Part shown: positions 13,831 through 63,669 of the stretch, one piece after another
Layout of the letters: every line of letters starts with the position of its first letter
Numbering within the stretch: position 1 is the stretch's first letter
Assembly: GCA_964016885.1 (NCBI GenBank)
Contig: OZ024765.1
Span: 22,258,001 to 22,322,000, forward strand
DNA from: Eledone cirrhosa
Lineage: Eukaryota
Direction: 5' to 3'
DNA length: 64,000 nucleotides
Translations under genes and position numbers: made by a program
The notes under the pieces: model-generated
Seen by the model: only the letters and a program-made list of their open reading frames with translations
Told to the model about the DNA's origin: nothing
Databases searched by the model: none

Positions 13831-13833
<3 letters not shown>

Positions 13834-14018
13834 GCGGTGGATTGGCAGTATCGGTAGAGGGTCGGACGCCATGCTTTCCAGCATAGTTACGTCCCTTTAC
13901 GATCTGAGTTCAAATCCCGCCGAGGTTGACTTTGCCTTTCATCCTTACGGGGTCGATAAAAGAAAGTACCAGTAATGCACTGGATAATTGCTGGCCTTGT
14001 GCCTAAAGTAGAAACAAT
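13831..14018 (+). mobile_element. tRNA-derived SINE with Meta-like central domain (other copies about 26250-26385, 35627-35822, 58050-58165 minus, 60250-60428)
   Basis: A-box-like tggcagtatcgg, B box gagttcaaatcc, then gcctttcatccttacggggtcgataaaa..gtaccag. Confidence 0.75.
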
Positions 14019-14276
14019 TATATATATATATATATGGAGGCACATGGCTTAGTGGTTAGAGCATTGGCCTTGCAATCGAAAGGTTGTGAGTTCAATTCTC
14101 AGACCATGGGATGTGTTGTTTCCTTGAGCAAGACACTTTATTTCACATTGCTCCAGTTTACTCAGCTGTAGAAATGAGATGATACTTAGATTTCACTTCG
14201 GAGTGAAATTTAAGTAAGTAAGCTAATTACTATAATTTTCTTAATTTACGTTTTTCATATATATATATACATACAC

Positions 14277-14318
<42 letters not shown>

Positions 14319-14402
14319 ATGTATATATATATACACACATATATATATATACACATGCATATATATACACACATATATATATATATAAACATATATATAT
14401 AT

Positions 14403-15148
14403 ATAAGTATGTACACGTACATACATATATGTATACAGACGTACAGTAGTATGTATATATATATACATACATGCACACATATATATATATATGTACGTAT
14501 GGATTTACTGAACATTTATTATAATGCTCGGTTTGTTTGTAAACAAACATCCCGAATTAAGCCGTACAGTGTTTAGCAACGATCGTTGCCCTTTTGTTCA
14601 ACACTGACAAAGGAACGATGTACTAGTTTCAAGCTTATTAGCTATCGTCAGCACCGTATACCTGCCTGCCAGATGATTGAACGTCTGAAAGTATATACTT
14701 TCCTTATGCATATTAACGGCTGAGCAGCCGTACTAAGAGTCAGAAATGAAATTTCGTTTCATTTTTTCCATTTATCGTTTTCGGTGCACCCGGCCGATTA
14801 ACTCACTCGATATGCAAATTAGGCTGCTCAGCCGTTAATATGCATAAGGAAAGTATATACTTTCAGACGTTCAATCATCTGGCAGGAAGGTATATGGTGC
14901 TGACGAAAGCTAATAAGCTTGAAACTAGTACAGCGTTCCTTTGTCAGTGTTGAACAAAAGGGCAACGATGGTTGTTAAACACTGTACGGCTTAATTTGGA
15001 ATGTTTGTTTACAAACAAACCGAGCATTATAATAAATGTTCGGTAAATCCATACGTACATATATATATATATATGCGTGCATGTATGTATATATATACAT
15101 AGTACTGTACGTCTGTATACATATATGTATGTACATATACATACTTAT
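14403..15148. mobile_element. Fold-back element, ~330-bp inverted arms with ~90-bp spacer, HHR in each arm
   Basis: Arms about 14403-14730 and 14822-15148; start of the spacer is duplicated at about 15158-15208. Confidence 0.88.
14615..14657 (-). ncRNA. Minimal type I hammerhead (mirror copy on + at 14894-14936)
   Basis: acggtg-CTGACGA-tagct aata agctt-GAAA-ctagta-catcgt; palindromic ACTAGT stem III; GUA triplet. Confidence 0.75.
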
Positions 15149-15204
15149 ATTTAAGTAACAGCCGTACTAAGAGTGAGAAATGAAATTTCGTTTCATTTTT
15201 TTCC

Positions 15205-15252
<48 letters not shown>

Positions 15253-16004
15253 ATAATAATAAATTTGAAGACTAAAATCCAAAGAGAGCTCGACAAGGAT
15301 AAATATATATCAGATATATAAGAACCGTAGAGCAAATATTTATTAAAATAACAGATTAAAGTTTAAGCAAAGAATCGCTGCTTTCACCCTTAACAGGATC
15401 TTCTGAAACTAAAAAAGTCAATCTGTGAACGCAGAAGTAAATATTTCAAAAACGTTGCAACCGTGGAATCGTTCCCTGGCAAAGAACGGAAAAAAACCGA
15501 ATATAATACATCATTATTTGGAGCGGTGAAAAACAATTACATGCAAAGACAAAACCACGTTTATGGTATAAATGAAGTCGTAGACTAATATTCTATTAGG
15601 TGGTTCGTGGAGACGTTCTCTGGCAATGAACGGAAAAAACAAAGATAATACGTCATATGTGGAGCGTGGAGAACAATTGCAAGCAAAGACAAAACCACGT
15701 AAATGGTATAACTGAAGTCGTAGACTAAAATTCTAACTAGGAAACCGAATGATACTCGGCTTCAGAGTTAAGAATAAAGTAAATAAAATACAGAGGTAAT
15801 TGAAATTAAATAAATACATACACGCATCCATATACGTACAAACCCAAGCAAATGCGAAAACACTCGCCATGGGTGTGCAAATACAAGCGCGTACACAAAA
15901 AAACCCGCATGCACATACAGAACCCATGCAATGCCTGTACCCGCACACATACGAATGTATACACCAAATACACATAAAAATATATATAAAAATATATATA
16001 TATA

Positions 16005-18229
16005 TTATTAAAAAGATAGTGTTATTAAAAAGATAGTGTTATTAAAAAGATAGGGTTATTAAAAAGATAGTGTTATTAAAAAGATAGTGTTATTAAAAAG
16101 ATAGTGTTATTAAAAAGATAGTGTTATTAAAAAGATAGGGTTATTAAAAAGATAGGGTTATTAAAAAGATAGGGTTATTAAAAAGATAGTGTTATTAAAA
16201 AGATAGGGTTATTAAAAAGATAGTACTATTAAAAAGATAGTGTTATTAAAAAGATAGTGTTATTAAAAAGATAGTGTTATTAAAAAGATAGTGTTATTAA
16301 AAAGATAGGGTTATTAAAAAGATAGTGTTATTAAAAAGATAGTGTTATTAAAAAGATAGTGTTATTAAAAAGATAGTGTTATTAAATAGATAGGGTTATT
16401 AAAAAGATAGTGTTATTAAAAAGATAGTGTTATTAAATAGATAGGGTTATTAAAAAGATAGGGTTATTAAAAAGATAGTGTTATTAAAAAGATAGTACTA
16501 TTAAAAAGATAGTGTTATTAAAAAGATAGTGTTATTAAAAAGATAGTGTTATTAAAAAGATAGGGTTATTAAAAAGATAGTGTTATTAAAAAGATAGTGT
16601 TATTAAAAAGATAGTGTTATTAAAAAGATAGTGTTATTAAAAAGATAGTGTTATTAAAAAGATAGGGTTATTAAAAAGATAGGGTTATTAAAAAGATAGG
16701 GTTATTAAAATGATAGTGTTATTAAAAAGATAGGGTTATTAAAAAGATAGTACTATTAAAAAGATAGTGTTATTAAAAAGATAGTGTTATTAAAAAGATA
16801 GTGTTATTAAAAAGATAGTGTTATTAAATAGATAGGGTTATTAAAAAGATAGTGTTATTAAAAAGATAGTGTTATTAAATAGATAGGGTTATTAAAAAGA
16901 TAGGGTTATTAAAAAGATAGTGTTATTAAAAAGATAGTGTTATTAAAAAGATAGTGTTATTAAAAAGATAGTGTTATTAAAAAGATAGTGTTATTAAAAA
17001 GATAGTGTTATTAAAAAGATAGTGTTATTAAAAAGATAGTGTTATTAAATAGATAGGGTTATTAAAAAGATAGGGTTATTAAAAAGATAGGGTTATTAAA
17101 AAGATAGTGTTATTAAAAAGATAGGGTTATTAAAAAGATAGTACTATTAAAAAGATAGTGTTATTAAAAAGATAGTGTTATTAAAAAGATAGTACTATTA
17201 AAAAGATAGTGTTATTAAAAAGATAGTGTTATTAAAAAGATAGTGTTATTATAAAAATAGTGTTATTAAATAGATAGGGTTATTAAAAAGATAGTGTTAT
17301 TAAAAAGATAGTGTTATTAAATAGATAGGGTTATTAAAAAGATAGGGTTATTAAAAAGATAGTGTTATTAAAAAGATAGTGTTATTAAAAAGATAGTGTT
17401 ATTAAAAAGATAGTGTTATTAAAAAGATAGTGTTATTAAAAAGATAGTGTTATTAAAAAGATAGTGTTATTAAAAAGATAGGGTTATTAAAAAGATAGGG
17501 TTATTAAAAAGATAGGGTTATTAAAATGATAGTGTTATTAAAAAGATAGGGTTATTAAAAAGATAGTACTATTAAAAAGATAGTGTTATTAAAAAGATAG
17601 TGTTATTAAAAAGATAGTACTATTAAAAAGATAGTGTTATTAAAAAGATAGTGTTATTAAAAAGATAGTGTTATTAAAAAGATAGTGTTATTAAATAGAT
17701 AGGGTTATTAAAAAGATAGTGTTATTAAAAAGATAGTGTTATTAAATAGATAGGGTTATTAAATAGATAGGGTTATTAAAAAGATAGGGTTATTAAATAG
17801 ATAGTGTTATTAAATAGATAGGGTTATTAAAAAGATAGGGTTATTAAAAAGATAGTGTTATTAAAAAGATAGTGTTATTAAAAAGATAGTGTTATTAAAT
17901 AGATAGGGTTATTAAAAAGATAGTGTTATTAAAAAGATAGTGTTATTAAATAGATAGGGTTATTAAAAAGATAGTGTTATTAAAAAGATAGTGTTATTAA
18001 ATAGATAGGGTTATTAAAAAGATAGTGTTATTAAAAAGATAGTGTTATTAAAAAGATAGTGTTATTAAAAAGATAGTGTTATTAAAAAGATAGGGTTATT
18101 AAATAGATAGTGTTATTAAATAGATAGGGTTATTAAAAAGATAGGGTTATTAAAAAGATAGGGTTATTAAAAAGATAGGGTTATTAAAAAGATAGTGTTA
18201 TTAAAAAGATAGTGTTATTAAAAAGATAG
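16005..18229. repeat. 17-bp minisatellite (gttattaaaaagatagt/g), about 130 copies, ending ~360 bp upstream of the COX ATG
   Basis: Direct reading; variants tagtg/taggg/tagtac and aaaaag/aaatag. Confidence 0.95.
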
Positions 18230-18588
18230 CAGGGCTAGAACTGTTTCATTCAAATGAAACAGTTCTAGTCCTGTAGAAGCTCTGTTTAATGTGCAAAGGT
18301 GGGGGTCCAGTGTATTGCTTTCCCCCACCAACCCCGACAAATCTAACCCTGTAGTCAAGTACTTGAGGCCAATTTAGTCGATTTCCACCCAACTTCTGTC
18401 AGATTATTGATCCTCATGCCTAAATAAAGGACTCAATGTCTAAATTGAAACACTCCGTACTTTCACTACACTGCTCCTCGTCGAGAATGATGGAGATCCT
18501 TTCCTTCTTAATAATTTCAATGTCATTTTCATTTGTATTTTTATTTCTTTGCATCAGGTTTTCACAGAGAAGAAGAGAACGAAGAAAT

Positions 18589-54216
<35,628 letters not shown>

Positions 54217-54232
54217 AAAATTGTTGAATCTA

Positions 54233-54339
<107 letters not shown>

Positions 54340-54346
54340 GTGTGTG

Positions 54347-54378
<32 letters not shown>

Positions 54379-54387
54379 CGTGTGTAG

Positions 54388-54425
<38 letters not shown>

Positions 54426-54438
54426 GTGTGTGTATGTG

Positions 54439-54501
<63 letters not shown>

Positions 54502-54540
54502 AGGTACATATATATATAAATATATATATATATATATTTA

Positions 54541-54591
<51 letters not shown>

Positions 54592-54597
54592 AGGTAC

Positions 54598-54735
<138 letters not shown>

Positions 54736-54737
54736 AG

Positions 54738-54803
<66 letters not shown>

Positions 54804-55136
54804 GTGTATATATATATATATGTGTGTGTGTAGGTACATATATATATATATAAATATATATATATATGCAAAAGTTTTATTTAAAATTGTTGGGATACAA
54901 CAAGTAAATATTTTATAACTGATATAAAGCACTCGACAAGTTTTTGGAGTAGATATACGATATTAATAAATGGAAACTATATTTATAAAACCATATTTAT
55001 TTCATTATACATATTTCAGGGATACCAAATTATAATTTGGTATCCCTGAAATATGTATAATGAAATAAATATGGTTTTATAAATATAGTTTCCATTTATT
55101 TAATATCGTATATATATATATATATATATATATTTA

Positions 55137-55216
<80 letters not shown>

Positions 55217-55220
<4 letters not shown>

Positions 55221-55421
55221 AACCAGTAAGACCCCGACAGCTGAGCTCAAGCCGTTTCGACGGCTAATTCTGGACTAGAATTCAGTCCAGAATTAGCCGT
55301 CGAAACGGCTTGAGCTCAGCTGTCGGGGTCTTACTGGTTCCTATTACCCACTCTACTACCTCAAGTATTGAGTACTTTGGTGCGTTATGGTCCACCTGGT
55401 TCCTTACCACATTTCCTTCGT

Positions 55422-55424
<3 letters not shown>
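55217..55424. mobile_element. Hairpin-headed short interspersed element (gagctc...gtttc / gaaac...gagctc); copies about 19212-19323, 23615-23765, 26075-26150, 32490-32670, 56155-56340, 56790-56895
   Basis: Long hairpin followed by conserved tail ccactctacta..ctaagtattgagtactctggtgcgttatggtcca; copies lie in or beside (TA)n. Confidence 0.75.
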
Positions 55425-55452
<28 letters not shown>

Positions 55453-55482
55453 GTGTGGGTGTATGTGTCTAGGTACATATAT

Positions 55483-55533
<51 letters not shown>

Positions 55534-55547
55534 CCCATATAGATGTG

Positions 55548-55630
<83 letters not shown>

Positions 55631-55639
55631 CTATATAGG

Positions 55640-55690
<51 letters not shown>

Positions 55691-55714
55691 ATATACAAAT
55701 ATATATATATACAC

Positions 55715-55760
<46 letters not shown>

Positions 55761-55909
55761 GGTAACAAGTTATCATTATAGGTAATCCAGTGAGAGGTTG
55801 TGAGTACTCTGCGTCGTGGATAGTTTTAACGTACGCCATTGTTTAACTCAACAAGATTCTTCCATAGTTAGGCAGCGAGTTCCCTATGTAGGTTATACTT
55901 GGAGTAATA

Positions 55910-56138
55910 ATAGTTAAAGAATGAAGAGTAACATGGGTGGCTGTACAATAAGGGGCTTTATTTAAAGTACTGACAATTGTTTTGTTGATCTTGTGGGTCT
56001 AGAGTTCGCTAATCGAATGACGCAACATCAAGCGACTAGCGAGCTCTAGACCTACATGATCAACGAAACAATTGTCAGTACTTTAAATAAAGCCCCTTGT
56101 TGTACAGCCAACCATGTTACTCTTCATTCTTTAACTAT
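55910..56138. repeat. Inverted repeat, ~100-bp arms, containing the 3' half of an HHR (GAAACAATTGTC)
   Basis: atagttaaagaatgaagagtaacatgg... versus ...ccatgttactcttcattctttaactat. Confidence 0.85.
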
Positions 56139-56363
56139 ATATATATATATATATGTAATGAAGGAGGTGTGGTAAGGAACCAGATGGACCATAACGCACC
56201 AGAGTACTCAATACTTAGGGTAGTAGAGTAGACAATAGGAAAATGTTTAACCCCGATGACAGAGCTCAAGCCGTTTCAATGTCCAGAAATAGCCATCAAA
56301 ACAGCTTGAGCTCTGTCATCGGGGTTAAATATTTTCCTATATATATATATATGTATCTATATA

Positions 56364-56396
<33 letters not shown>

Positions 56397-56460
56397 ATAT
56401 ATATGTATATACATATATATATATATATATATATGTATATACATATATATATATATATAT

Positions 56461-56493
<33 letters not shown>

Positions 56494-56520
56494 TATATAC
56501 ATATATATATATATACATAT

Positions 56521-56600
<80 letters not shown>

Positions 56601-56634
56601 ATATATATATATATGTATATAGATTTATTTATAA

Positions 56635-56726
<92 letters not shown>

Positions 56727-56897
56727 GTATATAGATTTATTTATAAATATATATATATGTATATATATATATGTATATAGATTTATTTATAAGACCCCAA
56801 AGGCTGAGCTCTGGCCATTTCGAAAGCTAGATCCAAACAGTTTGGATCTACCTGATGAAACGGCCGAAGCTCAGCCTTTGGGGTCCTCACTCTTTTC

Positions 56898-56938
<41 letters not shown>

Positions 56939-57109
56939 AGGTTCAACCGGGGGGTAACCACAGTAAGTAAGGTACTCAATACATAGCAGAGTATATATAT
57001 AATGTTTAATATAGCTTCAAAGAATTTCTTTAAACCCATCAACCAATGACCTCCACCCTCTCCCACCACCAGAAAACATATAAATACCACTACATTTACT
57101 TGGACAGTC

Positions 57110-57160
57110 AGCTTCCTGATGATTTCTCACGAATGAAACAGTTCTAGTCCTGTAGAAGCT
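57110..57160 (+). ncRNA. Type I hammerhead with full stem III, inside an inverted-repeat element (about 56937-57238)
   Basis: agcttc-CTGATGA-tttc tcac gaat-GAAA-cag ttctagtc ctgta-gaagct; GUA triplet ending 57154. Confidence 0.82.
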
Positions 57161-57309
57161 TTTCTATATTAAACATTTATACTCTGCTAATGTATTGAGT
57201 ACCTTACTTACTGTGGTTACCCCCGATTGAACCTGGGATAACATATATATATATATATATATATGTGTGTGTATATATATATATATGTGTGTGTATATAT
57301 ATATATATA

Positions 57310-57356
<47 letters not shown>

Positions 57357-59369
57357 CATCATCATCATCATCATTTTACGTCCGCTTTTCCCTGTATATA
57401 TGTGAATGTGTTTATATATATATATGTATGTATGTATGTATATAAATGAATTAAAAAAGAGACTGAGCATAAGAGGAATCAAATGCTGTGTGCAGGAGAG
57501 GAGGTTGTGTTATTATGGACATGTGATGCGTAAAAAGGTGCAGAGCACTAGAAGTCGATGGAAACTGCAGAGTGGGGAGACCCAAGAAGGTTTGGGATGA
57601 GGTGATAAAAGCCAACCTTACCCAATTACACCTCTCAAAGGGGATGACACACGACCGTGACCTCTGTCGTCACACAGTAATACAGAAGACCTGACCGCCC
57701 ACAGGTACAAGCCGAAGCTGAAGCATATAGACAATATGCCCCCACCCCCTCCAACTGCAAAGTGGTCGTGGAGGTGCTACGGCAAAAAAGCACCCAGCCC
57801 ACACTGTAAAGTGGACGTGTAGGCGCTACTGAAAAAAAGCACCCAGCACTCACTGTAAATGAGGTTGGTGTTAGGAAGGGCATCCAGCTGTAGAAATCAA
57901 GCCAAATCAGTTCCTGTATGAGCAAGGCATGGTCAGCTGACTGGACACTGCCCACAACAGGACAACCCGTCTAACCCATGCTAGCGTAGAAGAACAGACG
58001 TAAAATGGTGATGATGATGATGATGATGATGATGATCATCATATATATATTTGTTTCTACTTTTGGCACAAGGCCAGCAATTAATCCAGTGTATTACTGG
58101 TACTTTATTTTATCGACCCCCCGTAAGGATGAAATGCAAAGTTAACCTCAGCGGGATTTGATCTCATGATGATGATGATATATATATATTACTGCATAGT
58201 TAGGATTCTGTGTATGGATAGAGTGCTAGTTTAATTTTGAGGCAGGATTTAAATATCTGATCATGAACCATTACTCCAACATTTCAAACACTCAGCCAAA
58301 AGTCCCTTTATCCAATAGACCCTATTAATAGACACCTATCTAAAATATTTTTACCCAATACACTGGGCCCAACCCCTGACCAATATAGTCATTATATCAC
58401 TGATTGTATTGGGACAACCTCACTCATCAGAGACCGGCTAACCTCCTTTGTCTCATTTGTTAACAATTCCTACCCTTCATATTGGACAGCAAGCAGCAAA
58501 CAGCCACAGGAAATAAGTACCACCAATCTCTGGGAGGGCTCTGTAGAAACAGTAAACAGCTTCTGCTACCTAGGTGACCGAATTAGCAGTGGAGGCGGGT
58601 GTTCGGAAAGTACAATAGCTAGGGTAAGAACGAGATGGAAGAAGTTCAGGGAACTACTGCCACTGCTAGCTGCAAAAGGCTTCTCCCTCAAAATGAAAGG
58701 CAGACTGTATGATGCGTGTATCCGAACAGCAATGTTACATGGTAGTGAGACCTGGGCGCTGAAGGTGGAAGACTTACGTAGATTAGAAAGAAACGAAGCC
58801 TGCATGCTCCGATGGATGTGTAATAGTAATATACGTGAACGACAAAGCATAAATGAATTGAGAGAGAGACTGAGCATAAGAGGAATCAAATGCTGTGTGC
58901 AGGAGAAGAGGTTGTGTTGGTATGGACATGTGATGCGTATAAAGAATGGCAGCTGCATAAAAAGGTGCAGAACACTAGAAGTTGATGGAAACCGCGGAGT
59001 GGGGAGACCCAAGAAGACCTGGGATGAGGTGATAAAAGCTGACCTTACCTAATTACACCTCTCTGTGACCTCTGGCATCATGCAGTGATACAGAAGACCC
59101 GATGCCCCCACGGGTACAAGCCGAAGCTGAAGTATATAGACAATATGTCCCCACACCCTCCCATTGCAAAGTGGTCGTGGAGGTGCCACGACAAAAAAGC
59201 ACTCAGCACTCACTGTAAATGAGGTTGGTGTTAGGAAGGGCATCCAGCTGTAGAAATCAAGCCAGAATCAGTTCCAATATGAGCAAGACAAGGTCAGCCG
59301 ACCGGCTACTGCCCACAACAGGACAACCCGTCTAACCCATGCTACCGTGGAAGAACGGACGTAAAACAG

Positions 59370-59401
<32 letters not shown>

Positions 59402-60097
59402 ATATATATATATATATATATATAAAAACAATGAATAAAAACAAAGAACAAGTTCCTTATATAAAAAAATTCATCATTTTACGATCGTTTCTAGGATATA
59501 TATGTGTGTTGGTATGTATATCATATAGATCTATGTAAAAATATTACAAACTATCAGAGGAAATATACATACCTTCACATATATATGCTGTCTTCAGAAA
59601 TGATATATATATATATGGAGGCACATGGCTTAGTGGTTAGAGCATTGGCCTTGCAATCGAAAGGTTGTGAGTTCAATTCTCAGACCGGGTGATGTGTTGT
59701 TTCCTTGAGCAAGACACTTTATTTCACATTGCTCCAGTTTACTCAGCTGTAGAAACGAGATGATAGGGACTGGGGTCCCTATCATTCCACTGCAAAGTGC
59801 TCGTGGAGGTGCCACGGCAAAAAAGCAGCCAGCACTCACTGTAAATGAGGTTGGTGTTAGGAAGGGCATCCAGCTGTAGAAATCAAGCCAGAATCAGTTC
59901 CCGTCCCACCCTTGCAAGCAGGGAAAAGCGGACGTCAAATGATGATGATGATGATGATGATGATGATATATGTGTATATATATATATGTATGTATATATA
60001 TATATGTATGTATATATATGTATCTAACCCATGCTAGCATGGAAAATGGACGTTAAACGAAGAAGATGATGATGATGATGATATATATATATACATA

Positions 60098-60240
60098 TAT
60101 AAAAACCTTGGTACGTCCACAGACATTCTATAAAAAACCGTAAACTAATGAATACAACAATGGTCGCCAATAAAATCTGGCAACTCAAAGATACAAATCA
60201 AGAATACAGGATTAACTGGTCTAAATTGTCAGGGGCATTT
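60098..60240 (+). mobile_element. Penelope-like GIY-YIG C-terminal fragment
   Basis: KPWYVHRHSIKNRKLMNTTMVANKIWQLKDTNQEYRINWS, similar to the endonuclease tail of the 21-kb element. Confidence 0.55.
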
Positions 60241-60626
60241 TTGTTATTGTTCAGTATCGGTAGAGGGTCGGACGCCATGCTTTGACGCATAGAGTTATGG
60301 CCCTTGCCATTCTGAGTTCAAATCCCGCCGAGGTTAACTTTGCTTTTCATCCTTACGGGGTCGATAAAATAAAGTACCAGTAATACACTGGGATAATTGC
60401 TGGCCTTGTGGCAAAAGTAGAAACAGTTATTAACTATCAATGAATCAACATCATAACCTGTTATATCTTCTCTCTTTCATTTTCTATCTTTTACTTTCTT
60501 CCCCTAAATATATTTCATCTCCTACATTATAACCTATCGTATTATCTTCACTTCTAATATCACTTCCAATTTATTAATTTATTAATTTAAATAATACATA
60601 TATGAATATATTTAATACTTTCATGT

Positions 60627-62797
60627 TTATACCATCACATCTTTATATTTTAGCCACCAACACCACACCACAACTATTTTAACCACCAATACCACCACAT
60701 CTTTATATTTTAGCCACCAACACCACACCACAACTATTTTAACCACCAATACCACCACATCTTTATATTTTAGCCACCAACACCACACCACAACTATTTT
60801 AACCACCAATACCACCACATCTTTATATTTTAGCCACCAACACCACACCACAACTATTTTAACCACCAATACCATCACATCTTTATATTTTAGCCACCAA
60901 CACCACAACTATTTTAACCACCAATACCATCACATCATTATATTTTAGCTACCAACACCACACCACGACTATTTTAACCACCAATACCATCACATCATTA
61001 TATTTTAGCCACCAACACCACAACTATTTTAACCACCAATACCATCACATCATTATATTTTAGCTACCAACACCACACCACGACTATTTTAACCACCAAT
61101 ACCACCACATCTTTATATTTTAGCCACCAACACCACACCACGACTATTTTAACCACCAATACCATCACATCTTTATATTTTAGCTACCAACACCACACCA
61201 CAACTATTTTAACCACCAACACCATCACATCTTTATATTTTAGCCACCAACACCACAACTATTTTAACCACCAACACCATCACATCTTTATATTTTAGCC
61301 ACCAACACCACAACTATTTTAACCACCAATACCACCACAACTATTTTAACCACCAATACCATCACATCTTTATATTTTAGCCACCAACACCACACCACAA
61401 CTATTTTAACCACCAACACCATCACATCATTATATTTTAGCCACCAACACCACAACTATTTTAACCACCAACACCATCACATCATTATATTTTAGCCACC
61501 AACACCACAACTATTTTAACCACCAACACCATCACATCTTTATATTTTAGCCACCAACACCACAACTATTTTAACCACCAATACCATCACATCTTTATAT
61601 TTTAGCCACCAACACCACAACTATTTTAACCACCAATACCATCACATCATTATATTTTAGCTACCAACACCACACCACGACTATTTTAACCACCAATACC
61701 ATCACATCATTATATTTTAGCCACCAACACCACAACTATTTTAACCACCAATACCATCACATCATTATATTTTAGCTACCAACACCACACCACGACTATT
61801 TTAACCACCAATACCACCACATCTTTATATTTTAGCCACCAACACCACACCACAACTATTTTAACCACCAATACCATCACATCATTATATTTTAGCCACC
61901 AACACCACACCACAACTATTTTAACCACCAACACCATCACATCATTATATTTTAGCCACCAACACCACACCACGACTATTTTAACCACCAATACCATCAC
62001 ATCTTTATATTTTAGCTACCAACACCACACCACACCACAACTATTTTAACCACCAACACCATCACATCTTTATATTTTAGCCACCAACACCACAACTATT
62101 TTAACCACCAACACCATCACATCTTTATATTTTAGCCACCAACACCACAACTATTTTAACCACCAATACCACCACAACTATTTTAACCACCAATACCATC
62201 ACATCTTTATATTTTAGCCACCAACACCACACCACAACTATTTTAACCACCAACACCATCACATCATTATATTTTAGCCACCAACACCACAACTATTTTA
62301 ACCACCAACACCATCACATCATTATATTTTAGCCACCAACACCACAACTATTTTAACCACCAACACCATCACATCTTTATATTTTAGCCACCAACACCAC
62401 AACTATTTTAACCACCAATACCATCACATCTTTATATTTTAGCCACCAACACCACAACTATTTTAACCACCAATACCATCACATCTTTATATTTTAGCCA
62501 CCAACACCACAACTATTTTAACCACCAACACCATCACATCATTATATTTTAGCCACCAACACCACAACTATTTTAACCACCAATACCATCACATCTTTAT
62601 ATTTTAGCCACCAACACCACACCACAACTATTTTAACCACCAATACCATCACATCTTTATATTTTAGCCACCAACACCACACCACAACTATTTTAACCAC
62701 CAATACCATCACATCATTATATTTTAGCCACCAACACCACAACTATTTTAACCACCAATACCATCACATCTTTATATTTTAGCCACCAACACCACAA
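60627..62797. repeat. 55/60-bp tandem satellite (accatcacatctttatattttagccaccaacaccac[accac]aactattttaaccaccaat), about 38 copies
   Basis: Period 60 in the first lines, then mixed 55/60 units. Confidence 0.93.
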
Positions 62798-63669
62798 CTT
62801 TATTCAACTATCATATTATGTTCATTTTCTTCGCACACAAACTTTTTTTATTTATTTTTTATCATCTTCACTATAACTTATTTATTATTACTAGCATGTG
62901 TAGTGTGTATATTGATATTATACGCAGGTATATATACATGTAGATATGATACATCAAATAAAATCGTAATTGACAATATACTCAGAAATTGAACGAAGAC
63001 TGCGTTACACTCTCTTATGTAATCAGTAACGTAATCCATGATACATTAAAAAAGACAATATTATATATAAACTGCATTAGGAGAAAATTAGTGACAGAAA
63101 TATATGAATGTTTATTTTAGCGATGGCTAACCGGAAGTGTTGACATTTCAGGAATTTTAAAGAGATGAATCTTTAAATAAATAATAAAATATATTTAATC
63201 AACAGCCACGAAATTTAGTAGATAAATTATGTAATATTCATTCATTATTTATTCAAAGTAATCCAACTTATTTTACTAATGGGATAAAAAATTATAAACC
63301 GTACGTAGTCCCGCGCTCCTTACTTTATTATAGTTTAGATTCATTTATTTTTTCTCACTATTTTTCTTTTTCTTTATCTTTTTTCTTTTTTCTTCTTTCC
63401 TTCTTTCTTTCTTTCTCTTTTTTTTTTCCTTTTTCTTTCTTTCTATTAATGATGTTGTAATTTGAATTTGCAAATGCTGTGTATAATTTAAAACAGTTTT
63501 TCTGATGATTTGGTTAAGCATACATCGTATTTAAAATTGAGTGACACAACTTCAAGTGATTAGCAATTTTAAGACAACTTAACCAATGAAACTGGTTAAT
63601 ACTGTAAATAAACCCTTTTTGTACTGTTGACCATGTTATTCTTCACTCTTTCACTATATATATATATCT

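Noticed and set aside
62990-63330. Possible promoter (CCGGAAGT ETS-like site)
   Set aside because: Single short motif with no associated gene or transcript evidence in the window.
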